A DNA stretch of 63,258 nt, the filler included, from Licmophora abbreviata (lineage: Eukaryota): assembly GCA_900291995.1 (NCBI GenBank). It is 5 parts of 5 records of this genome, joined end to end, with 100 filler letters (N's around TTAATTAATTAA, not from the genome) between each part and the next. Parts side by side here need not be neighbours in the genome. Positions count along the whole stretch, not along the records: positions 1 to 24,547 come from OLMU01000421.1; 4 more parts are not named here. The stretch is one strand, 5' to 3'. The notes beneath the pieces are model-generated. The model was given only the letters and a program-made list of their open reading frames with translations. It did no database searches and had not been told where the DNA came from. Within the stretch, counting starts at the first letter, position 1. Each line of letters begins with the position of its first letter. The position numbers were made by a program, and so were the translations under genes. This document shows, piece after piece, positions 11,776 through 24,647 of the stretch.

Positions 11776-14700
11776 ATGAATACGAGTCTCAGCACTATGT
11801 CGAAGGCGGATCAAACTCCGGTTATCAAAAAGGACGAATTTGATACGATCAAGACGTCTGCCTCCCAACAAGTAGGGGCGCCCAGTGCGGACGAGAACGC
11901 ATCTGATTACTTGATGCTGCCGCTCCTCGATGGGGATCATGGCCTCCCAAAGCCGCCTGAAATGCGAGGAGTTGGCCGAAGACAGCGCTCTGCGTCATTG
12001 GACAATGCCGATATTTCGTACCGTGGGAATCCTCTGGACGGAGTGGACGTGGACGATGAAGTGTACTCGTTGCCCTCGCTCGACATGCTCGATGGAGATG
12101 ACGAAACCGCCGGATTGAGCTTGTCGCTTGGATCTGGGCCGCCGTCGAATGGAATTCCACCGGAACTCCTGGGAGCAATGGGAAACCCGAGTATTGAGGA
12201 AGATACACCGGCGGCTGAGGCCTTGCGTGCCAATGCTGAGATTCGCGTTCGCAAAGTTGGGAAACTAGCCCGTAGTGTCCACGCCCAGTCAGTTCGTCGA
12301 TTCGTCAAGAGAGCTACCTTGCGAGGCAAAAGCGGTATAGTGCGTGGAAAGCCTCCTCGAATCCCTCCGCCGCGTGAGTCGGATGTTCCAGCATTTAGCG
12401 CGGGACTGGATTCTATGTTCGTGGTTGAAGAGGGAGACGAGGTGGAGGACGATCAAGTGTCGTCCCGACGATCCTCCGGTGCTTCAATCAAAAGCGACTC
12501 GAGTATAGACCATTCTGAACTTGTCGGCGCGGTCGCTGCCGGGGCAACCGCGATGTCGCATGAACCGACAAGGCAAGACTCTCCACTCAACTATTTGCGG
12601 GAACTGGAGAAGATTCCAAGCGAAGTAGCGGCAGCTGGCAAAAAAGGTATGTGTCAATGAGGTATCTTCTACGACTTTGTTTAACGAACTGAGGTTTATC
12701 TTACATTATTCCTTCTCTCTTTAGTTTTGGGTGCAATAGAAGAGCACGAGGGTCGGCGGAAGCGGCGCAAAAGTGGGCGGAAGCGAGAGCGCAACAAGTC
12801 TTACGTGAAAGGCAAGGTCATCACCCGACGACATGAGTTATACACGTTATCTATGGCAGTCATGCTCGGTATTCGGACTTCGATTGGCGCTACAAATTCC
12901 AAAATCAGTGATACGAGAAGCGAACGTTGGCTCAGCAGCGAGGATTTCATGGGAACCGAGAAATATGTATTTGGCCCCAAAGTAAGTTCCCTAGACTTTT
13001 CGGGTTCCATCATGGTCAGCAAGTCTGAAAACTGGATTAACCTTTGATCTCATCTTACATCACAGGGCGGACCGAGAACGCCGCCGCATCAGCTTTCTCA
13101 TACGTTCAAGTTCAAAGACTACTCACCCGTAGCCTTTGCCTACCTGCGACGCATGTTTGGTGTGAACGAATTTGAGTTTTTGTTGTCTGTATGTGGAAAT
13201 GCAAACTTCATCGAGTTCATCTCGAACGCAAAGAGTGGGCAATTCTTTTTTTACTCAAGCGACGGCAAGTACATGATCAAAACCATGACGAATGCCGAGA
13301 GTAAATTCTTGCGACGAAGTAAGTGACGGTGATCTTCTGGCTCCGCCGCTTTGATCGAGCTGCTTCTGTCTAACCTTTCGCCCATGCCTTTTAGTATTGC
13401 CGCACTACTTTCGTCACTGTGCTGAGAATCCCAACACGCTCGTCACGAAGTTTCTCGGAATGTACCGTGTGAAAATGTATCATCTACGGAGAAACGTCAA
13501 GTTCGTGGTGATGAACTCTGTATACTACACTGACAAGCCATTGCAGTCTTTTTACGATCTGAAAGGATCTGTATTGGGTCGCAAGGCCAAGCCAGATCAA
13601 GATGTGAAGAAGGACAATGACCTTAGGAGCGGACTTCCAGATACAGCCATCGCAATGCCTCCAGCCGTCCGTAGTCACGTGCGCAAGCAGATCGTTGCTG
13701 ACTGTGAATTCATGAGGCAGATGAAGATCATGGACTACTCGATGTTGATCGGTATCCACCACGTGCCTCCAGGCGCTACCAAACGCCCAAAATCAGCCGA
13801 GAAGGGTGCAATGGGTTTTTCGCTGAGTAGGTCTCGAGCCGACAGCACTTCCTTTCGAGATTCCTTCCGAGAGATGCTCCGGAACCGCACGGCGCCGCCA
13901 TCTCCTGCGCCTCATTCCATGCCCCAGCTTGGAAAAGCCGGTCCGTCTCCGAAGGCCGGGTCATCTAATCCATCGCCGGCCCATCGGTCGGCTCCATCGC
14001 CCTCGACGCCCAAAGCGGACCTGAACGGGCATGGAATCACGGATCCGGCGAAGGAAAGCCCAGTTCAGATTTTTGAGGCGCGGTCACCGGGTGGCGGCGA
14101 AACGATGGCGTCAGTCGGTCCAGACAAGTCGGATTATCAAGGAAGCGAGATTCCCGAAGAGTTTCTGTACTACTTTTCGGACCTTCGGGACTACGAGCAT
14201 GGCTTCGACGAGGACGACGATAGCTACTTGGAAGGGTCTGACCATCATATGCACGGTGGATCGGGTTCCGTCAAAATGGACGAGATCACGGTACAGAAGG
14301 AACTCACGATCGAGAAGATTTATTGGCCGTTTCATCGTCTCTACGACATTCATGGCTACCGTCGCCTTGTTCCTGGGCCGTGTCTGAGTTGCCGGGGCCA
14401 GACGTGCGCATGTGCTGCTGCTCCCATTGAAAAGTTGTCTGGCTGGAAAGTACCATCGTTCGTCCGACCACTTTCGGATCGAAAGGATGGAGGATTGCAG
14501 GCCGATATGACGGGGGTGGACGTCCCGCTAACGTTCAAGGCGCATGGACAGGAGGTCGAATACGAAGGAAAGATATTCTATATGGGCGTCATCGACATCC
14601 TCCAGCAGTATAACGTCCGCAAGCGCGTCGAAGCAAGGTATCGTCGTGTGCAGGGTTCGGGTTGGCAAGATGCGAGTTGCGTCCATCCAGACCTGTATGC

Positions 14701-14839
14701 GGATCGGTTCGTTCGGTTCTTCGACGAGTACTCTCAACGTCAACTGACGACGGGAGACGACCAGCTTGACGAACACGAAGAGCCTGGTGATGTCGACACT
14801 GAACGCGACGCTCTTATTGGACATCTCAAAGAAGAATAG
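11776..14839 (+). CDS. Phosphatidylinositol-4-phosphate 5-kinase family protein, 4 exons (11776-12646, 12725-12981, 13066-13318, 13395-14839)
   Basis: FKFKDYSP, SNAKSGQFFFYSSDGKYMIKT, FYDLKGS, IMDYSMLIG, YMGVIDILQQY, SCVHPDLYADRF. GT-AG introns keep the frame. Confidence 0.93.
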
Positions 14840-15269
14840 TCGAACAAGCAGCTCCACGACTAGCTAGTTATGTTTCGTGTCTAGAAGGATGTTACATTCC
14901 ACTAGGATATAACAGAGAGTACTCGTACGTAGCTTTGAAGTTGGTCTGGGGCGTTTTTTCGCGCAAAAGCATGGGCGCTGAAGAATGAGACGGTTGTCTC
15001 TGTCGTCGTAGAAAAGCTAAGGAGGAATCAGTACAAAGGACCCTTGGTCGAGCGCGCGTCTGACCTCTCTCCTTGCGCCATGGTGTGATTCGGGTGGACG
15101 TCTGGACAATTGTGATCACTCAAACAGCCCATGGCGATACACTACACGTTCATGCTCTTTTATCAGTCACAGTCGTCGGTAACGTCCTCCTACTCTACAG
15201 GTCTGATTCGAGCGATCGAGGAAGTCTGTAAGTCTACCTCTGTTCTCGTCGATCTCCCTTTTTGAAAGC

Positions 15270-16417
15270 ATGGGGCGAGGTAGACAAACAAGGCAACGCG
15301 ACAGACCTTCCAAGCATCAGCAGGAACAGGAGTACCAGGAGCCGTCTCGATTTGAGGACCTCACTCCGCTGTATCAAGAAGTAGGCGATCATAGTTACCA
15401 ATCGCCAAGCAAGAATACGTGGAAAGGCATGGCGCGTGTACTCTTTGTTCTTCTGGGAGTATTCACTTTCGCAGTGGCGCTGGGGCTTGGCGCCGGAATG
15501 GCTGTTTCGATTCAGTTTTACGAGGGTGCGGGTCGCTCTGAAGTGTCCCCTCCCACGGAGCGGATGACTGGATGGGACTCTGATATTCTTTCCGGAAATA
15601 CCATCCCGCAGCATGGATCAAACTCTAGAAGGGTCGTCAAACAGACTGTATTAGGGGGGAAGACCGAGCTACCGCTTGTGCAGGAAACTTCAATGAATGA
15701 GGAGTCCGCGAGGCCCGGAGTAAGGCAAACTCCTGACATGTTCTTGAGCGAAGCGACGGTTCTTCCCACTGTGTGTTCCGATGGCAGCACCATCGGATTC
15801 AATGACTGGTCGACACTTAAGGCTGCAATACACGAGGCGAATGCCCTCAGTGCGGAACGATTTCTACGATGGAATGAATACTTTGCACAGCTGGAAGAAG
15901 ATGAGTTTCCGATAACGTTCGACGACGACATGCTATACTACGAGACCGATTCTGTTTTCACAATATGTCCAGGGGCGATATTGAAAGGAAGAAAGGGACC
16001 GATCTTTGTGAACGCCGAAAACGTTGTTATTAGATGTGAGGGATGTGTTGTTCACGTTGGCGGGTCGCATCTTGCATTTGGGCCGCATGCTAAGCACGTG
16101 TTAGTACGGGGCGTCACTTTCACTGGCGCAGATCTAGCGAGCGTCACCTTCTACCATGATGGGTCGGATGTTTCTTTCGAAGAATGCACCTGGCATGGCA
16201 ACCGAGGAGATCGGCGTGGCTATAGAGGGGAAATTGCAGATTTTAACTCTACCAGGTATGGTCGGATCTTCAAAACGTGTGCATTTGACCACCATTTCTA
16301 ATCCCCCTGCGCTGCTCAACGTGAACCGTTTTCTTTGCTTGTAGTACGGCAACGTTCACCCGTTGCGATATTCGATCGGGATCGTCCACCGCAATGAAAG
16401 TACATGGCAAGCAATAG
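15270..16417 (+). CDS. Unknown type II membrane protein with a probable parallel beta-helix-like C-terminal region (exons 15270-16255, 16345-16417)
   Basis: One N-proximal TM (VLFVLLGVFTFAVALGLGAG). Repeating short beta-strand pattern (PIFVNAENVVIRC, VLVRGVTFTG, VSFEECTWHGN). The fold is an inference. Confidence 0.65.
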
Positions 16418-16714
16418 GGCTGTGAAAAACGCTGCAAACGCATAATGGATGACCTAGGCGCCCGGGCGTACTTAGCAGTGGCGGAAAGTCCGTGCGCTTA
16501 GCTGAAACGAATATAGTAGCCTTTTCGTTTACTTCCACAACACGCTGGTGTGTTTCTAACCTTTTCATCGCCCCTACTGTCCTTTTGTTTTGATTGATGG
16601 CCTCAACATTAGTCACATCCAGCAGAAAGCTCGCAAAGAGTTCGAGTTGCGAGCTGCGCGATGCCGCCCGACTCGTGAGATGACGCGGCGTCGCGATCAA
16701 AATGCGACAACGCG

Positions 16715-18304
16715 ATGTTGATAAGACCATGCTGGCTGTATAGGTTGCGCTTAGAGCTGACTGTCAATCGATGGTGTGCTTCCACTTGTCTAATTCGACA
16801 CATGAGTACTTCCGAAGTCGAAAGACCGATTGCCGAGGTTGAACGGGCGGGACAATCGCTTGTCTTCGTCGATGTCGTGGTACCGGTGCACAACAGCGCC
16901 GAGACCATCGTTCAGGCGGTCGAGTCTGCTATGTGCCAGATGATTCCTCAGCATCTTTGCAATTTCTTTCGGAACACTGCAATTGACGTCGCTGTATGCT
17001 GCTACGATGATGGCTCTTCCGACAATAGCTGGCCACTTCTTTGCCAGATGAACGAAAAGTTTGGCGGGGAAAATGCAGTCGGCAGTGATGATGTTGCTGA
17101 CGCCACCATTCCCTCCAGGCTGATAATTTCTCAGAGCGACGACGGCGTTGCAAGAGGGGCAGGCTATGCCAGGAATCGAGCGGCATCGCTCCGTAGTACT
17201 TTAGAGGAGAACGAAAGTACTTCGTATCTATGTCTTTTGGACAGCGACGACACCATGCATGAGGCCCGCGTGGCCGAACAACTTCACGCCCTGCTTTCCG
17301 CAGGGACTGAAGAACGATGTAAGATCTTACTGGGGAGTACGTTCACTAGAGATCCACCAGACTCAACATGGCATTACGCCAGTTGGGCTAACGGGCTATC
17401 AGACGAGAGGCTGTCTCTTGAGAGATTCCGCGAAGTTTCAGTGATACAGCCGACATGGATGATCTCAAAATCACGCTTTCGCTCTCTGGGAGGCTACATC
17501 GAGGCACCTCACCCTTATCAGAAAGATGCAGATATCTCTTGGCCAGCAAAGCGTTACGATAGCGGGATTCTGAGATTGGTACATCCTACCCATGACACAC
17601 CTCAGACGCTTCGGTTGGCCGAAGATCTGCGTTTCTTTCACGCGCATCTTTCAGACGGCGGACTGCTTCGCTTATGTCGGGCTGATGCTCCGCTGGTGAC
17701 ATACCGGCACCGATCAGGGATGTCTCAAAGCTCGCACACGTCACGAAAACTACTGTTTCAACTTCGAGTACTCGCGTTTGAGTCAACAGTTCTTAGCGTC
17801 GATCCAGTATGGAAGTCGTTTGTAATCTGGGGCGCAGGGCGCGATGGCAAGGATTTTGTCAAAATGTTGAGCAAGAATGCTCGGCAACGAGTGATTTGCA
17901 TGGTGGATGTCGACGAAAAGAAAATCAATGCCGGGTACTATGCCAACAGGGAGCTCTGCATACGAATACCGATTGTTCATTTTTCCTTGCTTGCTTCTGA
18001 CCTCGAAGTGAGGCGGCGTCTACAGGAATCATGGGAGGATGGATCGGACGAACTTCAGTCGTATGGAAGAATAGACAAGGGGCACCAACGTAACGGAGAA
18101 GCCATCATGCCCTCAAAAGTCACTGCAACGTCGCCCCGAAAACGGAGGCGAGTGTCGCATACGGCACGCGACGTCGACCTGGACCTGCTTCCCACACTTC
18201 CAGTCGTCGTGTGCGTTGCCATGTATCGTACGAATGGAGCTCTAGAAAAGAACGTGAAACGTATCGGAAGGACAGAGGGCAAGGATTTGTGGCATTTCTG
18301 CTAA
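16715..18304 (+). CDS. B3GNTL1: GT2 glycosyltransferase, B3GNTL1/QTGAL-like (queuosine-tRNA galactosyltransferase homologue); start may be the ATG at 16802
   Basis: VDVVVPVHN, DDGSSD, GAGYARN, LLDSDD, VIQPTW, EDLRFF, and the family-typical tail IWGAGRDGK / VDVDEKKI / IPIVHF / VVVCV..GALEKNV..EGKDLWHF. Confidence 0.8.
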   Translation: MLIRPCWLYRLRLELTVNRWCASTCLIRHMSTSEVERPIAEVERAGQSLVFVDVVVPVHNSAETIVQAVESAMCQMIPQHLCNFFRNTAIDVAVCCYDDGSSDNSWPLLCQMNEKFGGENAVGSDDVADATIPSRLIISQSDDGVARGAGYARNRAASLRSTLEENESTSYLCLLDSDDTMHEARVAEQLHALLSAGTEERCKILLGSTFTRDPPDSTWHYASWANGLSDERLSLERFREVSVIQPTWMISKSRFRSLGGYIEAPHPYQKDADISWPAKRYDSGILRLVHPTHDTPQTLRLAEDLRFFHAHLSDGGLLRLCRADAPLVTYRHRSGMSQSSHTSRKLLFQLRVLAFESTVLSVDPVWKSFVIWGAGRDGKDFVKMLSKNARQRVICMVDVDEKKINAGYYANRELCIRIPIVHFSLLASDLEVRRRLQESWEDGSDELQSYGRIDKGHQRNGEAIMPSKVTATSPRKRRRVSHTARDVDLDLLPTLPVVVCVAMYRTNGALEKNVKRIGRTEGKDLWHFC

Positions 18305-18356
18305 ACGGCAGTATATCAACGTTAACTCGTGTCTAGTAGAAGTTGCTCCCGGTGTT

Positions 18357-20529
18357 TCATTTGCTTATTAACAAGTCTTCGAGTGGCTCGACGAGCAGTG
18401 GAGCAAGAAGAGCGGGGCTGTTCCCGCCATCATAATCGAGATCTTTGTGCTGTCGTCGTAGACGGCAGTGATAAGACTAGCGGAAAAAGACCACGGAATA
18501 CAGTATTAGACAACGCAGCAACCCAAGTCAGTATGTAACAAGCGGCTAAGAGTGACCAACTTACCCCCTGTTTGTTAGTTTTGCATCGGTCGCAAGGCCG
18601 TATCCCTGCATACGTAGCAAACGCCTTGCTCACATCAGGATATGTCTCTCCATCTACACCCAAGAACGACATCCGATGCTTTCCAGTCCTGCAGGCGTAT
18701 ACAGCCGCTCGTAGAATGCACTTTTTCATTGCCTGGGATTGAGCGTCGTCAGTTTCCATCATTTTCCGTAGCGAAGACGACGTCGACGTAGGAGCCGGTC
18801 CTGGGTTGACACGTGCCTTAGTAGGAGCGCCAGAGTGCGAATTGCCATTGGCCTTCGTGGCGGAACTAGTGCCCACTCCGTCGGAAGTTTTCGATGCCTT
18901 CGCGCTTCCATTGGGGGGTGTCATACTACTCGCCTGACTACTTGCATGGTTCGAGAGACCAGTTGCCACAGACGTGCCGCCTGGGTTTCCAAAGCAAGTG
19001 GCTAAGCCCGTTCCAAAGGAGAAAGAAAGACCTTGAATGCCTGGAGCATTTGGACCTACAAACTGCGGGTCAGCAACTGAATTGGTCATGAGGCCAAAGT
19101 AACGTCCATCGGTGCTACTGTAACAATCCTTGTCCAGATGAGAGACAAGCTTGTCGTTAAGTTGCTTCCCATTTGAAAACTGTAGCTCAGAACGTGCAGG
19201 TGGAGTCGGAGGTTCCGGAATGGGAGGAACATGAACAGGAGTTGGAATTGGAGGTGGCATCGGCGGATCGCCCTTGGTGTGCCTCGCGCTCATTTCTTCA
19301 TACCTGGCTCGCGCCTCGCTTAAAGCCAAAGAAGCCTCTTGGGCAGCGACAATTGCTTGTTCCCGTGCATCGACCTGTTTGGCGTACTCAACACATTCTT
19401 CAGCGTACGAGGCGGGATATGGAAGCGTCAGTGAGCACGGAGCCATGTCGTTGAATTGCAAGAGATGCGTTCGATCAGCGGAGTGAGAGCCCTTGTCGCT
19501 AACTGTCTTCGGAACCGACAACGCCTGGACCAGTAGGTGGGCCAAATCATGCTTACTTTGCTCGTCAGGCGGCATGTCCGTGTCGGCTTCCTCGTCCTTG
19601 TTATCCTCCGTTCGCTTCGGGCGCTTCCACAGGTCTTCAGGAACGAGGTCTGGATAATGCAATGTGAACTGTACGTTGCTGTCAAACATGTCGCCCACGA
19701 CACGTTTGACACTGGATCCTCGATGCGGATTCTCGATTCGTTGTTCCGTAGTGTATCCCGCCGAGGTCATGCAATGATCAAAGACAGATTGAGGCGCCGA
19801 GCGTCCCCGCGAATCAGCTTCGCTTCGATGTGCAGCAGATGGAGGAAGAAGCAGCAATCCGGGTGAGGGAATGGGTGGAAACTTGGGGGGTCGAAGGGTT
19901 GATCCTGTGGTCGTTCGTCTTGACGATTGCGGCTTGGGTTGCGCCGTGGTAGAGGCATCCGTGGTTGCGTCCAGGGTTGGCTTTGAGTCGACGGGTTCAT
20001 CGGACGAGATCACGGTTGCTTCTGGAACTTCTTCTTCTTCCTCCTCTTCCTTAAAAGCAACTTCCATCCCATCGTCATCGTTGGTGTCGCTTCCACTGTC
20101 GACGATAGAAGCTTGTGCCACTGGGATGTCGGCTTCGCTTTCCCCTTGATCCTGTGTTAAACTATCTTTCGGTGAAGACGACGGAGGTTTGGAAGTTTCG
20201 TCGATGGCCAGATCCTGCATGTCTGCATCCCTGTCCTCCTCCGGTGCCGTTGGAAGTGCTGCGGCAGGAGGCTTCGCATCCGGCAGATGCCCTACCGACG
20301 CCGTGCCCATTTCATCATGGTTCTGGTCGTTTCCTGATGCAGCGGCAGGCATTTTCAGAGACAACTTCAGTCGCATTTTCGGATGTCCCATGGAAGGAGG
20401 GGGAGGATACTCAGGATCCGGAAGAGGGGACGACTCCGAAGAGGAGGAGGAGGAGGAGGAGGACGACGACGACGACGACGACGAGTCATAGCCGACGGCG
20501 AGTTGTTGCAGGTGCTCTTGGGATGCCAT
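18357..20529 (-). CDS. Unknown low-complexity, probably nuclear protein with a C-terminal Cys/His motif (exons 20529-18565, 18476-18357)
   Basis: About 700 aa ORF with poly-Ser, Pro-rich and acidic tracts. Splicing gives PCDRCKTNKQGSYHCRLRRQH, a putative zinc-binding motif. Confidence 0.7.
20441..20484. repeat. (GAG)n(GAC)n trinucleotide microsatellite encoding poly-Ser on the minus strand
   Basis: gaggaggagg...gacgacgac visible in the sequence. Confidence 0.9.
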
Positions 20530-20883
20530 TGTCAACAAACGCTACTTTCCGCTTGACAAGAAGATGGAACAGCACTGTGATTCAACGAAAATCAGGCAAA
20601 CAACGCGCCACATCTCATGAGCACAGTGAATAGTGTGCTGCTGTGCACATTCTCAGCAGGAGATAAAGCAGCGAGATTGCCGCCCCCCGTCGCCGCCGAG
20701 GACCGGCTGACCACCATCGTCGATCGTCCCATCCGAATTTGACAAAACTCTCAAAATTCCGGATTCCTTTTGAATGATAAGAGTCGAAGGAATCCTGATG
20801 TCTTGGGAATCTCACAAGTCCGTTCTATCAGAATTCACGCAATCGACGCGACTGATAATGCTCAATGACAAAACGCGACATGC

Positions 20884-23800
20884 ATGGCAAACGACGGAAC
20901 AGAGGCTTTGTCCAACATGCCTACTTCACCAAGAGAGCCCAACGATGGAGGGATTGAGCAAAAACTTGAAGATGATGAATCCTGTTGGTTACCGCTGTCA
21001 GATGATCAGAATTCGGAAAGTTATCCTGGTCTGGAATCCGCCGTGTCTGCGACTACAGGCACAATACCCACGACTGTAGTCGCAGCAAAGCCTGCAGTGC
21101 CTGATCCTCCTCCAAGTAACAATCGACCAAGCGTACAAGTGGTTCAACAGAGATGGGAAACGAATCGCCAACTTCGAAAGAGCTTTGTTCAGCATCCTCT
21201 CGATCAGAGCTGGGGTATATTCGCAAGACATTTCATCCGGGAACTCTGGGAGCTCGACTTTCACATTCGGGCAGGTACGTGGACTGTATCTGATCACTGG
21301 GATGCCGAATGCTTCTATATGTCTCCTCTATCTTACATATCTATGTGTACCTTCTATCTTAGGCATTCTCTTTGTGGTTGTTGGCGCTTTGTTCCAAATT
21401 GTCGTGCTGGCATCACGATGGTACCAGCCGCGAGCTCTTGTTCTCCTGGTTGTCTTTCTTGTTTCCTTCATTTACCTAGCTCCACCTGATCTAGAGAGCC
21501 AGCTTCGGACTTTTCTAGCACTGATTTTGGATCCAGCGCTCCTCATGGACAACCTAGACGCTGCGCAACTGAAGCGTCTATTCCTAGCGTCATCTCTTGT
21601 CCAGACACTGCTCGAAATGAAGACGTTTGGGTTCTTGTCGCACGCCATGGTTGATGCAGGCTGGAAATCCAATATCCTCGTTGCCTCCGTGCTGATGATC
21701 CTGCAGGTATATTGTCGAACACAGGAGCAATTGCCACCAAGAGCGTGCATTCAGAGGGGCGTTCTTGTCTTGTACGGAGCGGCTCTGTTGTTTTCCTTGG
21801 CGAGGGCCGACATTCATCGACTACCCGCCTTGGCCGGTCCCCTTTTCCTGTCCACGGGGACGTTACTAATCTTCTACCGCAACGACGATATGAGCTGGCT
21901 TACCAGAGCAGTCCGACATGCGCTGCGGTTGACGTTGCGCGATGTTTTGGCAAAGGTTGGTCAGAGTGTTCAAGAGGATGAAATGCTGCGACTCGCCATG
22001 TTGCGATGGATTGTCGACTATTGGTCCACCTCTATGGCATCCACGACCGACACGGAAAGCGAGTCAGCGAGTACGTCCACCACATTACCGCCGACAACAG
22101 GGGAGAGTGAACAACGCGTGGAGGCCTCGGCCAGCGCAGGGCTGCCATGGGACGAGCTTTTTCCTATGCTGGATATGACGACAGACCAGATGCTAGAGGA
22201 AGTCCCATCCGCTAGGACGGAAGACGTAGCACCCTCGATGTCGCTATCGCTGGAATCTACTGCTGTAACGACAACGTCTGGCTCGCTTGGATTCGCACCA
22301 TCCCAGGAGAATCGCTCTATGCTCGGACTCAAGTCAATGCTGGAATCAATGGATGTCGACGATCGGGCAAAGCCAGCAGTAATGGCATACAAGCACGCGG
22401 TTCAGAGCTTCCCTCCGTCGCATAGCACAGCTGTGTGGCTGTCGATTGCTCGAAGATGTCCCGCATCCCTTGTGCTTACATATCGATTCCTTGCGGATCC
22501 GACTCTTGCGTTCGCGTCGGCACCGATCCTACTGTCGTTCATTGTAATGGAGACCTTTCGGGTACTGCAGTGGTCTGAGGCTTGTCAACGAACCCAGGTG
22601 CCGACTACGGCGCCGACAGGCGAGAGTACAGCAAACGCTAATATTTTGTCGCTCATCACGATTCCATCGGGAATAGATCCTATGTGCATTTTCTTGAGCG
22701 GCGACGACTTCTCCGCACTCCGACCGCCGACAATTCTTCAAGTGTGGAGAAATATTCAGAGCTCCGTCTCGTCTCTCGAGAAGGGTCTCACCGCAGCCAG
22801 ATGTGCTCACACAACCGTGGCAGCAGCGGACTTTGCTGGAAACGTGATGTCTCTGGCGCAACTTGGCGTCGAAGTGTCTCAGAAGGGATTGGGACATGGT
22901 CTGGGTGTCTTGGCTAAAGAGCTAGTGACTCTCCATTCCAGTCAGGGAGCCGAAAGAGATCGAAACCGCAGTCTCAACTCAGATACGCGGTATACCAACG
23001 CTGCCGTGGGAGTACTACGGAGCGGAAGTATTGTAGCACGTAACGTGCAGGCCCTCTCGGAAGACGAACACGCGCACCCTACACTTCGGAGCGTCGCAGG
23101 CGCTGCCGTCTTCCTATCTGGTCGAGGTTGGCTTCATGGGAAAGAGGATGAACTGAAAGATGCTGGTGACCAGTCTGGGACACACACAGAGAAACCGAGT
23201 ATTGAAGGGCTTGTAGACGAAGATTGCCTGGGCGAAACAGAAGCACGGATCCAGCCACCAATCCACTCTACCTTGGATAAGAATGTTGGCATCATTGACA
23301 ACGCCATGAGCGACGATTTCGCTGAGATTATGGAGCTCATCGCGATTGCTTCAGAGAAAGAGCTCATTGTAGAGGTACGTAAGGATCGCAGCATCTTCAA
23401 CTGAGAAAAGAAGGAGCTCACACTTGTTGTACCGACATCGTTGGTCAGGAGGAGAAAAACGCTTTCATGGAATCCCTCGTCGCATCTCGAATAGCAGGAA
23501 ACCAAGAAGCGTCCAAGGCAACTCGGGATGGCATCAAAAAGTCTCTCGACTGCCTCTTTCAACAGGCTTCCGAATTCGAAGCTGCTGGTCTGAGTTATGA
23601 ATCGATGGGCTCGCAGGCCAAGGACGATATTGCCCAAGATGAAACAAGGTTTGCCGTGGACGGAGACCCTGTCGTATCTGACCGGCTGGAGATCGAAGGC
23701 AACCGCACCAGCGGTCACGTGTCGTTGCTGGGCCTCTCTCTGAGCCCCGTGGAGAAACCAAGGCATACGTCACTGCCTGAGTCAAGCGAAGCCTCCTGTC

Positions 23801-24171
23801 GAAGCGACAAGGAGATATCTGTGCCCCTGCAGAGGGAGCAAGCGCCCAGTCAATCGGTCGTACAGCAAGCGGATGAACGATCAACGTGGACTGCGGAAGA
23901 GGAGAGCGTTACGGAGAGAAGCGACTCCTCAGGAACTCGCACTGGAAGTCGCGATGGGGATGACATTGGCAAATGGGTCGGTGGCGGCCTCGCGGTATTG
24001 GGCGCTGTGGTTGGAGGCATCGCTCTAGCAAATAGACCTCGTCGACAGGGCGGTGATGGCGATCTAGAAAATAGGAGTAGCCAAGAGCAAACCGTGACCA
24101 TCGAAGAAATCGATGAAGATTCTGAGGAATGGATCTCCGTTCCATGTGTGAAAGGACAGGTCGAAGGTTGA
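20884..24171 (+). CDS. Unknown multi-pass membrane protein, 3 exons (20884-21274, 21363-23374, 23449-24171)
   Basis: Three long ORFs joined in frame by gtacgt...ag introns. Several hydrophobic segments and a C-terminal GGGLAVLGAVVGGIAL helix. Confidence 0.7.
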
Positions 24172-24231
24172 GTGCAATATAGATTATTCAATGAACTCCA
24201 TAGATTATATTGTTGTTTCATTTTGGTGTAC

Positions 24232-24547
24232 CTACAACTCGGCAGTCTTCCTCCACATTTCGGCGGATCCATTGGCGATCAGGTCCTTTGCGCGGACATG
24301 CTCTGCTCTGCGGTGTAGAGCCTTGAAGTAAGGGTTCTCTCCTGGTGCATAACTCGGGCAGTCGAAACACCCACGCTGTGGGCACTCAGACGATCCTACG
24401 CATGGATGAAAGGCAGCGTTAGACCAAAAGGCGGCTCGTCACATTTTGACCAATCGATGAAATGCGACTTGTCGGGCTTACCATTGCACTTATTTTTCAG
24501 GTAGTGATACCAGCTGCTCTTGTGGTTGGCGTCACTGTCGATACCCG
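24232..24547 (-). CDS. 3' end (last two exons) of an unidentified gene whose body lies in the gap
   Basis: GIDSDANHKSSWYHYLKNKCN|gtaag...tag|GSSECPQRGCFDCPSYAPGENPYFKALHRR...KTAEL*. This does not resemble an XDH C-terminus. Confidence 0.5.
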
Positions 24548-24647
24548 NNNNNNNNNNNNNNNNNNNNNNNNNNNNNNNNNNNNNNNNNNNNTTAATTAAT
24601 TAANNNNNNNNNNNNNNNNNNNNNNNNNNNNNNNNNNNNNNNNNNNN
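24548..24647. other. Scaffold gap with an artificial TTAATTAATTAA linker
   Basis: N-run/ttaattaattaa/N-run, identical at four sites. It gives stops in all six frames. Confidence 0.97.

Noticed and set aside
24592..24603. TTAATTAATTAA palindrome recurring four times in the window
   Set aside because: It is always centred in an N-run, so it is an artificial six-frame-stop scaffolding linker and not biology. ORFs ending in it are artefacts.
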